A stretch of 64,000 nucleotides of DNA, taken from the NCBI GenBank assembly GCA_002498725.1, contig DAIJ01000016.1, positions 6,349 through 70,348 on the forward strand. The letters run 5' to 3'. A program made the position numbers and the translations under genes. Positions 19,701 to 28,378 of the stretch are shown here, one piece after another; positions within the stretch are counted from its first letter, which is position 1, and each line of letters begins with the position of its first letter. Origin of the DNA: Euryarchaeota archaeon UBA23 (lineage in GTDB: Archaea; Thermoplasmatota; Poseidoniia; Poseidoniales; Thalassarchaeaceae). The notes below the pieces were generated by a model. The model was not told where the DNA came from and searched no databases. It saw nothing but the letters and a program-made list of their open reading frames with translations.

Positions 19701-22378
19701 ATTTTAGATTCTCCTGCTTCTAATGTTAGTGCAGGAATTTGATTATTATTTTCATCGTATAGAGTTAGTTCATTATTTTGATTATTCTCATCCCAATCTG
19801 TAGTTTCCCATCCCATTACAATAGAATTCTCATCAGCGTTCCCAAGATTTTCAACAATTAGCCAAGCTTTTGCCGTATCTCCTATAAGTCCATAACCAGT
19901 ACTTTCAGCAATTCCCGAAGGCCCTCTAATTGATAGGCCACGAGTACGATTTGCTTCTATTGGTAGAGTTGCTGAGACAGTAATGTTGCTATCACTATCT
20001 AGAGTAAGAATTAGCAGTAAGGATCCAGTATCTGACCCCGGCGCATCGGCTGGAGAATTAATTCTTAATTCTGGAATCCAGGTCTCTCCTACTCCAATTT
20101 CAATACCATTTATACCTCCTGCTGTTTGGTCTGTCCATGACCATCCATCTGGTAATTGAGTCGAATCGATTGTTAAACTCCAAGTTCCTGCTAGTCTACC
20201 AGTTGATCTAACAGTGGGGTATGCTATTGAATAAGACCCAGGATCAACCCGTGTTGGTTCCGTAGGGATCTCAAATGTTGCATTGTATGGTTGTACTACG
20301 GAAAGAATAGCCTCTACGCCATCGTTATCGTATCTTGATTGAGTGACATTCTGATAAGGATCAACGATCAACTCGAATTCATGATCTCCAAGACTGCCGC
20401 TCCATTCTACAGAAAACGAATCAAATGCTCCAGACCCAGTAGGTCCTGTCGGTTGCAGTGTATCTGCTCTATATCTCGCTATTTCTTCACCATTTGCATA
20501 CAAAACTGCGTCGACAGGCCTATCTACTTGACTTGTGCCAGCATTTTCAAAGAAAGCCGTAACTGTTACCTCTTCTCCAGGATCAGGTGCGCTTGGATTG
20601 AATTCAATTGCACGACCATCAAGTAGAGGTCTGATATCTGCGATGGCCGTTGAAATTATGGTATCGGCAAGAACGATGTCTAAGGTTGCATCTCCGTCAA
20701 CATCGGCTAAAGCTGGAGACGACCAAGTGCGGTGATCAACTTCTACCTCATTATTCCAATTATCATTTATTGCAACTTGTGTTCCTGTATCTCCATCCCA
20801 AGCCCAAAGTGTTCTTCCATATGCTACCAAAACTTCAGGCATTCCACTACCATCGATATCCATCCAAATCGGTTGCGCTACAGCAATCTCATCATTTGGA
20901 GAGCCACTGGATTGTTCCAAGTCATGGTACCAATCCAGTTGTGGATTGTTTCCTGAAATATCATGACAACCAGCATGTCCGTGTCTTGCTGTAGTCTCTT
21001 GATACCAAGATACCCAGCAGACCCTATCGATGACTCCGTCATCATCTGTGTCTATAGCGAGAGGGGGGGCATCTGTGAATCCATTCACTGCTTCAAATGA
21101 CCAAATTTGACTCCCATCGTCGATTTCTAGTCCTCTGAATTCCGCCCCATCTATAGATGTCGATCCATCTGCATCTGTTGGAATTGTAACAATCATTTCG
21201 GGAGTGGAATCAGTATCTAGATTTGTTATTACTGGGCCGGGTAAACGAATATGTGGAGCATTTGTTTCACCATCTAAATTTGATAAACTAAGTGACCATG
21301 TTTGATCGCCAGAGCTCGAATCCAATTTCCAAACCCACATTGCCCCACTATTTTCATTTATTGTTGTTAATAGAATGTAGGCCGTTTGATCATCAACTTG
21401 GGCGAAGGAGGGGTCGGAAGGATATGTTCCATCTCCCAAGGTTGATTGCCAAATAGGAGTAGGGACACCATTTGCTTCAAGAGGTAAAGCAACAACAACT
21501 GGATTTTCATTATTATCTACTGCTGCCAATACCAATTCTGCATCTCCGTCTAGATCTAAGTCAGCAAGCAATGGTTGAGTAGTTGGTCGATGTCCTCCTA
21601 GACTTGTAGTCCAATCGGTCGCATCATTACTAATTCTAAGATTTTCATCATTCCATGACCATAGTAATTCTCCACTTTTCTCTCCTCCCGGTGCCCAACC
21701 AGTTACAGAACAATAGAGACGAGGCGAATAAGCATCGACATACATTTCACCTCCAGCGTCATAGACAAGAATCAACTCTTGCATACCATCCTCATCAACA
21801 TCCACAATTACAGGAGATGCCTTGATGAGGTCTGTAAGTCCCAAATCAACCTCCCATGCGAGGTCAGCATCTTCTCCTTCAATGATTTTGACTATACTGT
21901 GATCGTTTCCTCCCACATCAGTTTGAACAATTACTGTGAATAACGAATCTCCTCCACATCTCTCAATAGCAGACTCATCAGTTACTATTTGGTTACTGAA
22001 ATCTCCTATTGGTGTTCCAAGCGCATCCGTGCCTTCAGCATAATTTCCGTATACCCAATTTACAACAGGGTCGACTACGGATGCTAGTTCACTAGCATTG
22101 TCTGGTATATCTGTTCCAGCACCTCCATTTGGTCCATGTGCCGGCCCTTCTGAAGTCCTTTCACCAACTCTGCCTGATTGTGGCCAAGGTTGACCTCCAT
22201 CTATCCACGGCTCAACTGTTCCAGTATTGTAGACGGCCTTCTGATCAACTAAATCTGTATCTATCACCATCTCATTTGTAATTGCTATTGGCGAGATACT
22301 CACCATGATCATGATCGCCACACCAAGAAGCGCATTCCGCTTGTAAGAGGTCGGGTAGGACGTACTCGCCATGCTCAT
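16706..22378 (-). CDS. Large surface protein: FG-GAP/PQQ-like beta-propeller, CARDB domain, multiple NEW3/Ig-like domains, C-terminal TM and charged tail
   Basis: Signal-like N-terminus. Repeats PVIVDVDEDGMQEL, LADLDLDGDAEL, SSPALADVDGDATLDI. CARDB GEEVTVTAFFENAG. N-x-G-N repeats. TM ILSSLMVISLAFVVRWII. Confidence 0.85.
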   Translation of the reverse strand: MSMASTSYPTSYKRNALLGVAIMIMVSISPIAITNEMVIDTDLVDQKAVYNTGTVEPWIDGGQPWPQSGRVGERTSEGPAHGPNGGAGTDIPDNASELASVVDPVVNWVYGNYAEGTDALGTPIGDFSNQIVTDESAIERCGGDSLFTVIVQTDVGGNDHSIVKIIEGEDADLAWEVDLGLTDLIKASPVIVDVDEDGMQELILVYDAGGEMYVDAYSPRLYCSVTGWAPGGEKSGELLWSWNDENLRISNDATDWTTSLGGHRPTTQPLLADLDLDGDAELVLAAVDNNENPVVVALPLEANGVPTPIWQSTLGDGTYPSDPSFAQVDDQTAYILLTTINENSGAMWVWKLDSSSGDQTWSLSLSNLDGETNAPHIRLPGPVITNLDTDSTPEMIVTIPTDADGSTSIDGAEFRGLEIDDGSQIWSFEAVNGFTDAPPLAIDTDDDGVIDRVCWVSWYQETTARHGHAGCHDISGNNPQLDWYHDLEQSSGSPNDEIAVAQPIWMDIDGSGMPEVLVAYGRTLWAWDGDTGTQVAINDNWNNEVEVDHRTWSSPALADVDGDATLDIVLADTIISTAIADIRPLLDGRAIEFNPSAPDPGEEVTVTAFFENAGTSQVDRPVDAVLYANGEEIARYRADTLQPTGPTGSGAFDSFSVEWSGSLGDHEFELIVDPYQNVTQSRYDNDGVEAILSVVQPYNATFEIPTEPTRVDPGSYSIAYPTVRSTGRLAGTWSLTIDSTQLPDGWSWTDQTAGGINGIEIGVGETWIPELRINSPADAPGSDTGSLLLILTLDSDSNITVSATLPIEANRTRGLSIRGPSGIAESTGYGLIGDTAKAWLIVENLGNADENSIVMGWETTDWDENNQNNELTLYDENNNQIPALTLEAGESKIITARLGVPSGANLGDEVTTPLSMCVGFGEDETCQNVQLNFVASGVVTESDHQRSMPENTLTWNVKADMPNDSATLEWSLSEAGMDIEDWAWTSSGALSLNSDTLIMTGAPGSRLTGTLTLVLPVDAPPAYHSFIDQSNVGIEHTIRLSVEVLQIYRATLVLISPNEDTNLADVETAIPATVRLYNPGNGDDSYSMSYEVILDSNLSEDPGVEVTFSSEIIQLGAGSLRTLPLQVILPESTPARTPVNISITMNSQGDANVFSTIYLILEARQDHRWEIDTNRNDVLVNEGDTFSVLPGNTFAVEVSAKNVGNLVDDLSINGTGTVFETQGDTSDGWRIIGSSTNNVAVNDTGILTLTIEVPSNSWNGTRFSIYMIGISFDEEVYSLSFTLEVAHVTGWNAIAVDTNLEIDPAGSTVSLSVIQLGNSPSEPFVSVYVTGENGWEITAPESMPTLDPGESAPLELDITPPFTARHGKTVELHVRLREGDGSTDSTITLPLRVAVIHDFTLSSNGAWIVSENGGFPLAELQNNGNAPTTISLEVLSLPIGWNISGITEVVLGVNEIRGVPIDLIPSSDWDGSVKTIRILAQDPEGNQREIAIDTQKEDHSWATSPVIIAMEGDSAMIQLYGTSPSSNVLDDSQGLLEWDIEGAWAWNAIENQVGSQLTVDSLSVLPYSANINQPSSRSAYCSLSGIFGDVNAECSIGNGTETFHYTIMLIDDQGRMIDSKEGIVGINQSLTSVNLSAELWNPDPGLRKLSLRMIDVRGVLMTNNEKSFEIRNSEWNVGLVGIEFEGQGDDQKLKILTKRQNEHLLDYADCNIAIAANPYNSIHSIDMTVVYSPTLKIDRPDNIEDGTELVAEISCEFPWDLDSDPSDDEVRIILSGGSVDNADGFEWITTILSSLMVISLAFVVRWIINNQRERRRLIEMTDSVIKERISKQKKEKIKEIVEHSVINTENTIENNDNSAEEEIDEKLEEEYIEDSKSDDFESRLKRLTGE

Positions 22379-22534
22379 CAGACTTACTCTTGCGCTTCGC
22401 AGCCCACTTGAACGTTCGGGCTATACTCTCATTCAGACCTACGGTCTGAGCATTATTCTCTATTCGCCAACTCAAAAGTACAGTTCTAACGCATCCGTTG
22501 CTCTTATACGAGAGACTTTGGTCGGCGAGTCGCA

Positions 22535-22614
22535 CGGACCTCTCCTCTGGAGGCGAAGCCGATGAGGGACGGGAGGCTAACCACCCTTCCTCTGACTCAC
22601 CTCGGAGTGGTCCG
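22535..22614 (+). ncRNA. Putative structured leader RNA or small ncRNA upstream of rpoE1
   Basis: Nested stems CGGACC-T-CTCC/GGAG-T-GGTCCG, GAGG/CCTC and GAGGGA-C-GGG/CCCTTCCTC. GATGA...CTGA (C/D or K-turn-like) flanks the apical stem. GC-rich in an AT-rich genome. Confidence 0.35.
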
Positions 22615-22632
22615 GTAAATGGAGGAAAAGAA

Positions 22633-23181
22633 ATGTATAGCCTTGTTACAATGGAGGATACAATACGTATCCCTGCTGAGTATATTCGTAAGGATCGAAA
22701 GTTGGAAGAACATATTGATGAATTAGCACATGCTGCATTTGAAGGACGTTTTGACGAAGATGAAAACTATACTCTACTGACCTTCAATCATGAAACAGTT
22801 GGTCGTGGAAAAATTATTCATGGCGATGGAGCTATTTATCAAAGAGTTAGGTTCAAGGCATTGCATTTCACAATGGAGGCAAACGAAGTAGTCGATGGTG
22901 CAGTTTCTGAAGTGTCCGAGTATGGAGCGTTCGTACGAATCGGTCCAATAGAAGCTCTTCTTCACAAATCACAGATTCTTGACGAACCTATTCAAGTGAA
23001 TATGGGTATTCGAAGAATTGAAGGATCAAAGACTGGAAAAAATATCGAAGAGGGTTCATTTGTTAGATCAAGAATTGTATCAAAGGCAATCAACCAGAAT
23101 GATCCACGGTCAAGCAAAATCGGTTTGAATTGTAAGATGCCAGGATTAGGTGCTCATGATTGGTTAACTCAGGGTGATTGA
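22633..23181 (+). CDS. rpoE1: DNA-directed RNA polymerase subunit E' (Rpo7)
   Basis: MYSLVTMEDTIRIP, GKIIHGDGAIY, S1 domain YGAFVRIGPIEALLHKSQI, KIGLNCKMPGLG. ATG 22633 follows GGAGG. Confidence 0.95.
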   Translation: MYSLVTMEDTIRIPAEYIRKDRKLEEHIDELAHAAFEGRFDEDENYTLLTFNHETVGRGKIIHGDGAIYQRVRFKALHFTMEANEVVDGAVSEVSEYGAFVRIGPIEALLHKSQILDEPIQVNMGIRRIEGSKTGKNIEEGSFVRSRIVSKAINQNDPRSSKIGLNCKMPGLGAHDWLTQGD

Positions 23182-23182
23182 A

Positions 23183-23401
23183 ATGGCAAAAAAATCATTC
23201 GCTTGTGGAGAATGTAACCGTATTGTCCCTGATCCACCAACCAAAAAAGACCCCCCACAATGTCATCATTGCCCATCTGCGCCAGTCACAACTGACTGGT
23301 CAGGATATGTAGTTATTTTACATCCGAATCGTTCTGAAGTGGCTCAGAGACTAAATATCAATAGCCCGGGATCTTATGCATTAAAGGTTAATATCCGTTA
23401 A
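23183..23401 (+). CDS. spt4: Transcription elongation factor Spt4 (RpoE'')
   Basis: ACGEC..C..C zinc finger, TTDWSGYVVILHP..SEVA..LNI..PG.YALKV. Follows rpoE1. Confidence 0.93.
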   Translation: MAKKSFACGECNRIVPDPPTKKDPPQCHHCPSAPVTTDWSGYVVILHPNRSEVAQRLNINSPGSYALKVNIR

Positions 23402-23414
23402 GGAGGAATTAAAC

Positions 23415-23759
23415 ATGGAAATCATTGAAAGAAAAGAGAATCCATTATTGAAGAGAGTTGAACTAAGGTTCCGTTGGAACCATGATAAGACATCAACTCC
23501 AACTTTGGCCGATATGGTTAATGCTGCAGCTAAAGCAGAACCAGGGTCAAAGAAAGAATTGACCTTTGTTAAGAATGTCAATACACGTTTTGGCCAGCCT
23601 CTGACGACAGGTCTTGCTGTAATTTATCAGGATGAAAATGCTGCTACCGTGGAACCCGAATATGTCCATACTCGACATCAAAAGTTACAATCACCCGCTA
23701 AAGAAAATCCTCCTGCAGAGGAAGTTTCAGAGGAAGTTAATGAGGAAGGTGAGGCATAA
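23415..23759 (+). CDS. rps24e: 30S ribosomal protein S24e
   Basis: MEIIERKENPLLKRVE, TPT, TRFG...G.A.IY, EPEY. AGGAGG SD and conserved gene order. Confidence 0.92.
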   Translation: MEIIERKENPLLKRVELRFRWNHDKTSTPTLADMVNAAAKAEPGSKKELTFVKNVNTRFGQPLTTGLAVIYQDENAATVEPEYVHTRHQKLQSPAKENPPAEEVSEEVNEEGEA

Positions 23760-23932
23760 TGGGTGGTTCTGGAGAAAAATGGAAGAAATCCAAACCATCA
23801 AAATACGATTCTTCCGGTGACACTTTAGTTCGTGGAGAACATTGTCCTAATTGTGGCCCAGGTGTATTTTTAGGAGTACATTCAGATCGCAAAAATTGCG
23901 GCAAATGCGGATATACTAAGCCAATTGAATGA
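23759..23932 (+). CDS. rps27ae: 30S ribosomal protein S27ae (57 aa, absent from the ORF track)
   Basis: Manual translation MGGSGEKWKKSKPSKYDSSGDTLVRGEHCPNCGPGVFLGVHSDRKNCGKCGYTKPIE carries the CPxCGPGVFL..H.DR..CGKCGYT signature. TAATG stop/start coupling with rps24e. Confidence 0.93.
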   Translation: MGGSGEKWKKSKPSKYDSSGDTLVRGEHCPNCGPGVFLGVHSDRKNCGKCGYTKPIE

Positions 23933-23946
23933 TCAAACTATTTTCT

Positions 23947-24942
23947 TTAACTAATTTGATATTTTGATATTTGACCATCGTTACTGAGGACTCTATCGCC
24001 AATGAATGCAACTCCTATATCTGTTCTATTTGCACATTTAACAATATTATTTGCCAATTTCCCATCATGTCTCCATCCCGTCCAGATCCAAGACTTATCG
24101 TCTCTTTTTGCAGCTAATACTGGTCCGGGAGTGGAGTAATGTTGTGGTTCTGAATAAATATTTTCTAGGATTGCAATATTTCCAGTTTTTAGAGAAATAA
24201 AATACTCATTATTTCCTTCAAATACTGCTTGAATTTTTTCAGATAAATTTAGTTTTAAACTTCTAATTAATGACCCATCTTCTGCTTTAACAACTGCAAT
24301 CCAATTATTCTCAAAGAAAATATGTATTTCATTATTATTTTCAAAAATTGAGATTATTTTTTCAGGGCCCTTTGTAGAATTGTAACCAGGCTTATTAGGT
24401 ATTGGAATCCTCCAGATTTCCTCTGATTCTGAATTCATCTTGTAAATCCCACGTCCTAAAATTCCAAACAAAAAATCATTTTCCGAACGAGATAAAGCCA
24501 TTGGTTCTGAATTAAGTGTTTGAGACCATTTACAATTGGTCGGTTCTACAGAATTGGAATATTGGGACTCCTTTCTTAGAATTGAGCGTTTAGGTCCATC
24601 ATTCCATTCATCTGTCAAACAAAGAGATGCCATCTTAGCGATTTGTAATTCATGATCTACCCACGTAGCAATCCAATGACCATTAATTATTACTCCAGAT
24701 GTTATCGAAGTCGGAAATGGCCTTACAATTGGGTAATGTATTTCTCCATCAATTACCCGTAAGACTTCCCCTAAGGTTCCAACTATTACGTTGATAGAAT
24801 CCTCCGAATAAACTCGAATTGGAGTGAAGGGTAGTGGTTCATTCACATCATTCGCTATATTACACGGTGTTTGAACCTGTGGTAGGATGACTTCAAGCGT
24901 ATGTGTGACGTCGAAGTACTGTGGTTGTACTAATACTTGCAT
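23947..24942 (-). CDS. Hypothetical protein, possibly beta-propeller-like (true start probably near GTG 24846)
   Basis: Long ORF with beta-strand periodicity (GIYKMNSESEEIWRIP, AVVKAEDGSLIRS). The annotated 5' end overlaps the divergent gene. Confidence 0.6.
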   Translation of the reverse strand: MQVLVQPQYFDVTHTLEVILPQVQTPCNIANDVNEPLPFTPIRVYSEDSINVIVGTLGEVLRVIDGEIHYPIVRPFPTSITSGVIINGHWIATWVDHELQIAKMASLCLTDEWNDGPKRSILRKESQYSNSVEPTNCKWSQTLNSEPMALSRSENDFLFGILGRGIYKMNSESEEIWRIPIPNKPGYNSTKGPEKIISIFENNNEIHIFFENNWIAVVKAEDGSLIRSLKLNLSEKIQAVFEGNNEYFISLKTGNIAILENIYSEPQHYSTPGPVLAAKRDDKSWIWTGWRHDGKLANNIVKCANRTDIGVAFIGDRVLSNDGQISKYQIS

Positions 24943-25856
24943 CTAAAGCCGATTCTGCATCTATGAATTTACATAATGCTGTGCTTGGATTAGGAAATTG
25001 GAATGATTCTTCTTCGTTCAATCATGGCGAGGTTTGGATACATCAAGAAAGACCTATTCATATGTTACTGATTGATATTATGCACATATATGCTGACAAA
25101 ATAGACACTACTCATGAGAAACAATTGAATGTAGAAGTAGATGAAGTACTAGTTCTTTCAAGACATTTCTCCAAGAGTGGACTTCCTTCATTGACTCTTC
25201 ATCCGATCGGCTGTCCCGGTGAGTCTCCAGTAGGTGAACCCGGTTTTGCCGGCGGGGAAAAGGGACTGACGGTTCCTCCTTCTCCACGTTTCGCATCACT
25301 TTTCTCCTCATTGTTAGAGTCGGCAAAATCATCAAATTTAGATGAAGAATTCGATATAACTGTTGAAACAACCCATCATGGTCCTATACTTTCTAGACCA
25401 ACTCTTTATTTGGAAATAGGCTCAACTGAAAATGAATGGATACGTGAAGATGCCTCACATCTTTGGGCTGAAGTTATTTCTAATTCACTTGGCATGTCTG
25501 GTTCCAAATCTTATGTTGATTGGCCTGGTTATGGAGATGTTATGATAGGCATTGGAGGCGGACATTATGCTCCTAGACACACATCTGTGATGAAGGATGC
25601 AGATTTTTGGGTAGGGCATTTAATTGCAAATTATGCACTTGAATTTGAATTACAAGAAGAAAATGATTTCCCTTCAGGTCAATGGCGGCACTCTATCCAA
25701 GAAGCAATAAGGACAACACGTATAGCATTCCCGGGGGGCTCAATTTTTTGTCATTTAGATCGTAAATCATTCAAGGGTTGGCAACGTAATGCAATAATTG
25801 ATTTTCTTTCTACATTAGATGTTGAAGTCAGACGCGGAAAGGACATGTTTAGTTGA
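24921..25856 (+). CDS. dtdA: D-aminoacyl-tRNA deacylase, archaeal DTD2/GEK1 type
   Basis: S..D.AS.N, LSRH.S.SG.PSLTLHP.G, ETTHHGP, YLEIGSTE.EW, GIGGGHYAPR, LDRKS.KG. Confidence 0.9.
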   Translation: MVVLILASKADSASMNLHNAVLGLGNWNDSSSFNHGEVWIHQERPIHMLLIDIMHIYADKIDTTHEKQLNVEVDEVLVLSRHFSKSGLPSLTLHPIGCPGESPVGEPGFAGGEKGLTVPPSPRFASLFSSLLESAKSSNLDEEFDITVETTHHGPILSRPTLYLEIGSTENEWIREDASHLWAEVISNSLGMSGSKSYVDWPGYGDVMIGIGGGHYAPRHTSVMKDADFWVGHLIANYALEFELQEENDFPSGQWRHSIQEAIRTTRIAFPGGSIFCHLDRKSFKGWQRNAIIDFLSTLDVEVRRGKDMFS

Positions 25857-25893
25857 GAAATTCTGAAAGCATGTCGCCTCCACCATAGCCAGT

Positions 25894-26877
25894 ATGGGGT
25901 TCGTTGGCAGGCTAATCATGTACCTAATGCCAATTATTCCTAAGTTCATCATAAGATGGGTTGCAAAACGCTATGTTGCAGGCCATGATATAGCCGATGC
26001 GATCAAAGTTATGAAGCGATTAAGCTCTGAAAATGCGTGTTTTACAGTAGACGTTCTTGGAGAAGAAATAAGTTCAATTGAGGAGGTTTCATTTTTTGAA
26101 GAAGAATACTCTAATTTGATAGATCAAATAATAAATCACAATTTAGATGCTAATATTTCCCTTAAACCCACTGCTTTTGGGTTACTAATTGATGAATCCG
26201 AAGCATTAAAAAAAATTGAGAAGATAGCACGTAAGGCCGCAAAACATGGAATGTTCGTTAGACTAGATATGGAGGATCATCGTGTCACTCAACAAACTAT
26301 TGATTTGGTATTTTCATTACATCAAAGTGGACTTTATAATGTTGGTACTGTTTTACAAGCTAGGTTATTTAGAACAGAGAAAGATATTGTTAAGATACAA
26401 GAGAAATTAGCAGGTAAATCAGACATAAGAATTTGTAAAGGAATTTACTTAGAATCTAGTGACATAGCACATACTAGTTATCAAGATATAGTGGATGCAA
26501 CCAATTCATCGATTGATTTACTATTGGACTGTAGAGCTTATACTGCGATTGCTAGTCATGACATTCCAGTCATTGAACATTCATTGAAAGCCCTAAGTTC
26601 GCGAGGATTTATTAAAGAAAATTTAGAATTAGATGAAGTAGAACTGGATTCAATTAATTGGGGCAAGGGCAAAGGCCCAGGATATGAATTCCAGATGTTA
26701 TTAGGTGTAAGAGGAGATATTCGAAGGAAACTTTCTTCTCAAGGACATAGAACTAGAATCTATCTTCCTTATGGAAAACATTGGTATGAGTACAGTATGA
26801 GAAGATTGCGTGAGAACCCTGATGTGGCTTGGCATGTTGCTAAGAGTATAGTGATGCCTTGGACTAATCGTCGTTGA
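25894..26877 (+). CDS. Monofunctional proline dehydrogenase (PutB/Pro_dh family)
   Basis: RYVAG, DVLGE, ISLKPT, RLDMED, VLQARL.RT, RICKGIY.E, IASHD, YEFQML.GVR, YLPYG..WY.Y.MRRL.ENP. Confidence 0.92.
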   Translation: MGFVGRLIMYLMPIIPKFIIRWVAKRYVAGHDIADAIKVMKRLSSENACFTVDVLGEEISSIEEVSFFEEEYSNLIDQIINHNLDANISLKPTAFGLLIDESEALKKIEKIARKAAKHGMFVRLDMEDHRVTQQTIDLVFSLHQSGLYNVGTVLQARLFRTEKDIVKIQEKLAGKSDIRICKGIYLESSDIAHTSYQDIVDATNSSIDLLLDCRAYTAIASHDIPVIEHSLKALSSRGFIKENLELDEVELDSINWGKGKGPGYEFQMLLGVRGDIRRKLSSQGHRTRIYLPYGKHWYEYSMRRLRENPDVAWHVAKSIVMPWTNRR

Positions 26878-26889
26878 TTACTGATTGAC

Positions 26890-27504
26890 TTAATTTCTGT
26901 AGTCTCTAAAATTAGGTGGATGCAAATATATTCTTCTTATTTCAAAAGCAGATCTTTTTCCACGTAGAGTTCTTCCTTTACCAGTATGTAACGCTCTAAT
27001 TCTCCATTTTACTCCATCTATTTCCATAATTGAGCCACAAGAAAATATTTCATTCTGATCGCATTCAATATTTTTAGAAGTGCTATTTTCTCCATCGGTC
27101 ATAGTAATACGTACAACTACTTTATCACATCTTACTGCCCATAGAGTTCCTATTTTTCCAGCATTGGAGCGTTTCATAGGTCTTCCTTCGTTATCATCAA
27201 TTCTAGTAATTCTGTAAACCTTATCTTGATATTCAAAAACATCATTTACATAAATTTCTTCATCCTCATCAGAATCTATCTTGGCTGATTCGCTAGTTGC
27301 CCCATCTGATAAATTAGCATCAATTATTACTGGTTTTCCTGGCCTAAGATGAATTGTCTGTACGCTATTGCATATGATACATTTTACGAGTAAGTCCTCT
27401 CCCTCTCCTTTTTGTGTCCTACGTAGAATCTGCTGTTCTGTAATTTCCTCGCACTTAGGGCAATCTGTGACATCGATTACCTGCTCCTGCTCTTCTTCCG
27501 TCAC
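26890..27504 (-). CDS. Archaeal zinc-finger protein (HVO_0476-like)
   Basis: CPKC...VKCIIC followed by two repeated beta domains (D.DE.I.V.D; A..I..LWA). GTG start at 27504 after GGAGGT. Confidence 0.75.
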   Translation of the reverse strand: MTEEEQEQVIDVTDCPKCEEITEQQILRRTQKGEGEDLLVKCIICNSVQTIHLRPGKPVIIDANLSDGATSESAKIDSDEDEEIYVNDVFEYQDKVYRITRIDDNEGRPMKRSNAGKIGTLWAVRCDKVVVRITMTDGENSTSKNIECDQNEIFSCGSIMEIDGVKWRIRALHTGKGRTLRGKRSAFEIRRIYLHPPNFRDYRN

Positions 27505-27583
27505 GTGTCGGCGTTCGACCTCCCTTTTTTGAAGCCATCCGTACGAGGTATGTTTCAATAGAGTCCTCATTGTAGGACATATC

Positions 27584-28378
27584 ATGAGTGATTTGGGGGG
27601 TGGGTTTGGTTTACCTCAAATGAATAAGAGAGATATGTTCGAAAAACTCCTCTCTGAAGACGTTAATCGTTCTTCAGTTGAACCTGAAATCGCTTCAGCT
27701 ATTGGTGAGCAGATGTTGCATATGGACTTACGTCAATTACCAAGATCTATTAGAGTAAGAATTAGAGATATTACTGGGAGAATCCCTACTAAAAACACTA
27801 TTATCGTTGGAGGAGGTATAGGACATCTTACTGCATGGTTATTGGATCTCTGGTGCGGCGATTTAAATGATAATTCGAATGAGGTCCGGGAAAAACCTGA
27901 CACACTGAGAATTATAGAAGAGGGCGGCAAATTTGGTGTTATAATTGACAGGCTAATACGACGTTACTCCGCTAATAATTGGGCAGAAGTGATTGTTGGC
28001 TCTTGGTCTGAGGTTTTTGCAGAAACTCAGTCTTGGAATGCAGCAGCGGCAGCACTACCTGATTCAGCGAGAATGGCTCCTTTACCTCAGCCGATTGATC
28101 TGATTATTGTTGATTTACCCGATGAGGAGCGTGTTGAAGCCTCGATAGCGGCATTTGATCTATTATCTGAAGATGGAATATTAATCACTCTTGAACCTGA
28201 AGTCCCTACTGGGGATGTAGGCGCCCCAGAGGTTGGGGACGAAAAAACTCCGGCCCAGAGAAAGGTTGAATCATTCAATCGCTGGATCTCTTTCATTCAC
28301 AATATAGACATGAATCATTCTGCCGCTTTTCTTGAACTAACAGGTGGGACATTAGCAGTTTTCCGTCGTTCTGCCTGA
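27584..28378 (+). CDS. Putative SAM-dependent methyltransferase-fold protein
   Basis: IIVGGGIGHLTAWL resembles motif I. DLIIVD and L..DGILI are typical of class I methyltransferases. Confidence 0.6.
   Translation: MSDLGGGFGLPQMNKRDMFEKLLSEDVNRSSVEPEIASAIGEQMLHMDLRQLPRSIRVRIRDITGRIPTKNTIIVGGGIGHLTAWLLDLWCGDLNDNSNEVREKPDTLRIIEEGGKFGVIIDRLIRRYSANNWAEVIVGSWSEVFAETQSWNAAAAALPDSARMAPLPQPIDLIIVDLPDEERVEASIAAFDLLSEDGILITLEPEVPTGDVGAPEVGDEKTPAQRKVESFNRWISFIHNIDMNHSAAFLELTGGTLAVFRRSA

Noticed and set aside
22498-22632. N-terminal extension of Rpo7 in the ORF track
   Set aside because: Homology starts at MYSLV and a GGAGG SD precedes ATG 22633. The upstream part is better explained as a structured leader. 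Similar over-extended starts were trimmed for gdhA, rtcB, argF, cmk and others.
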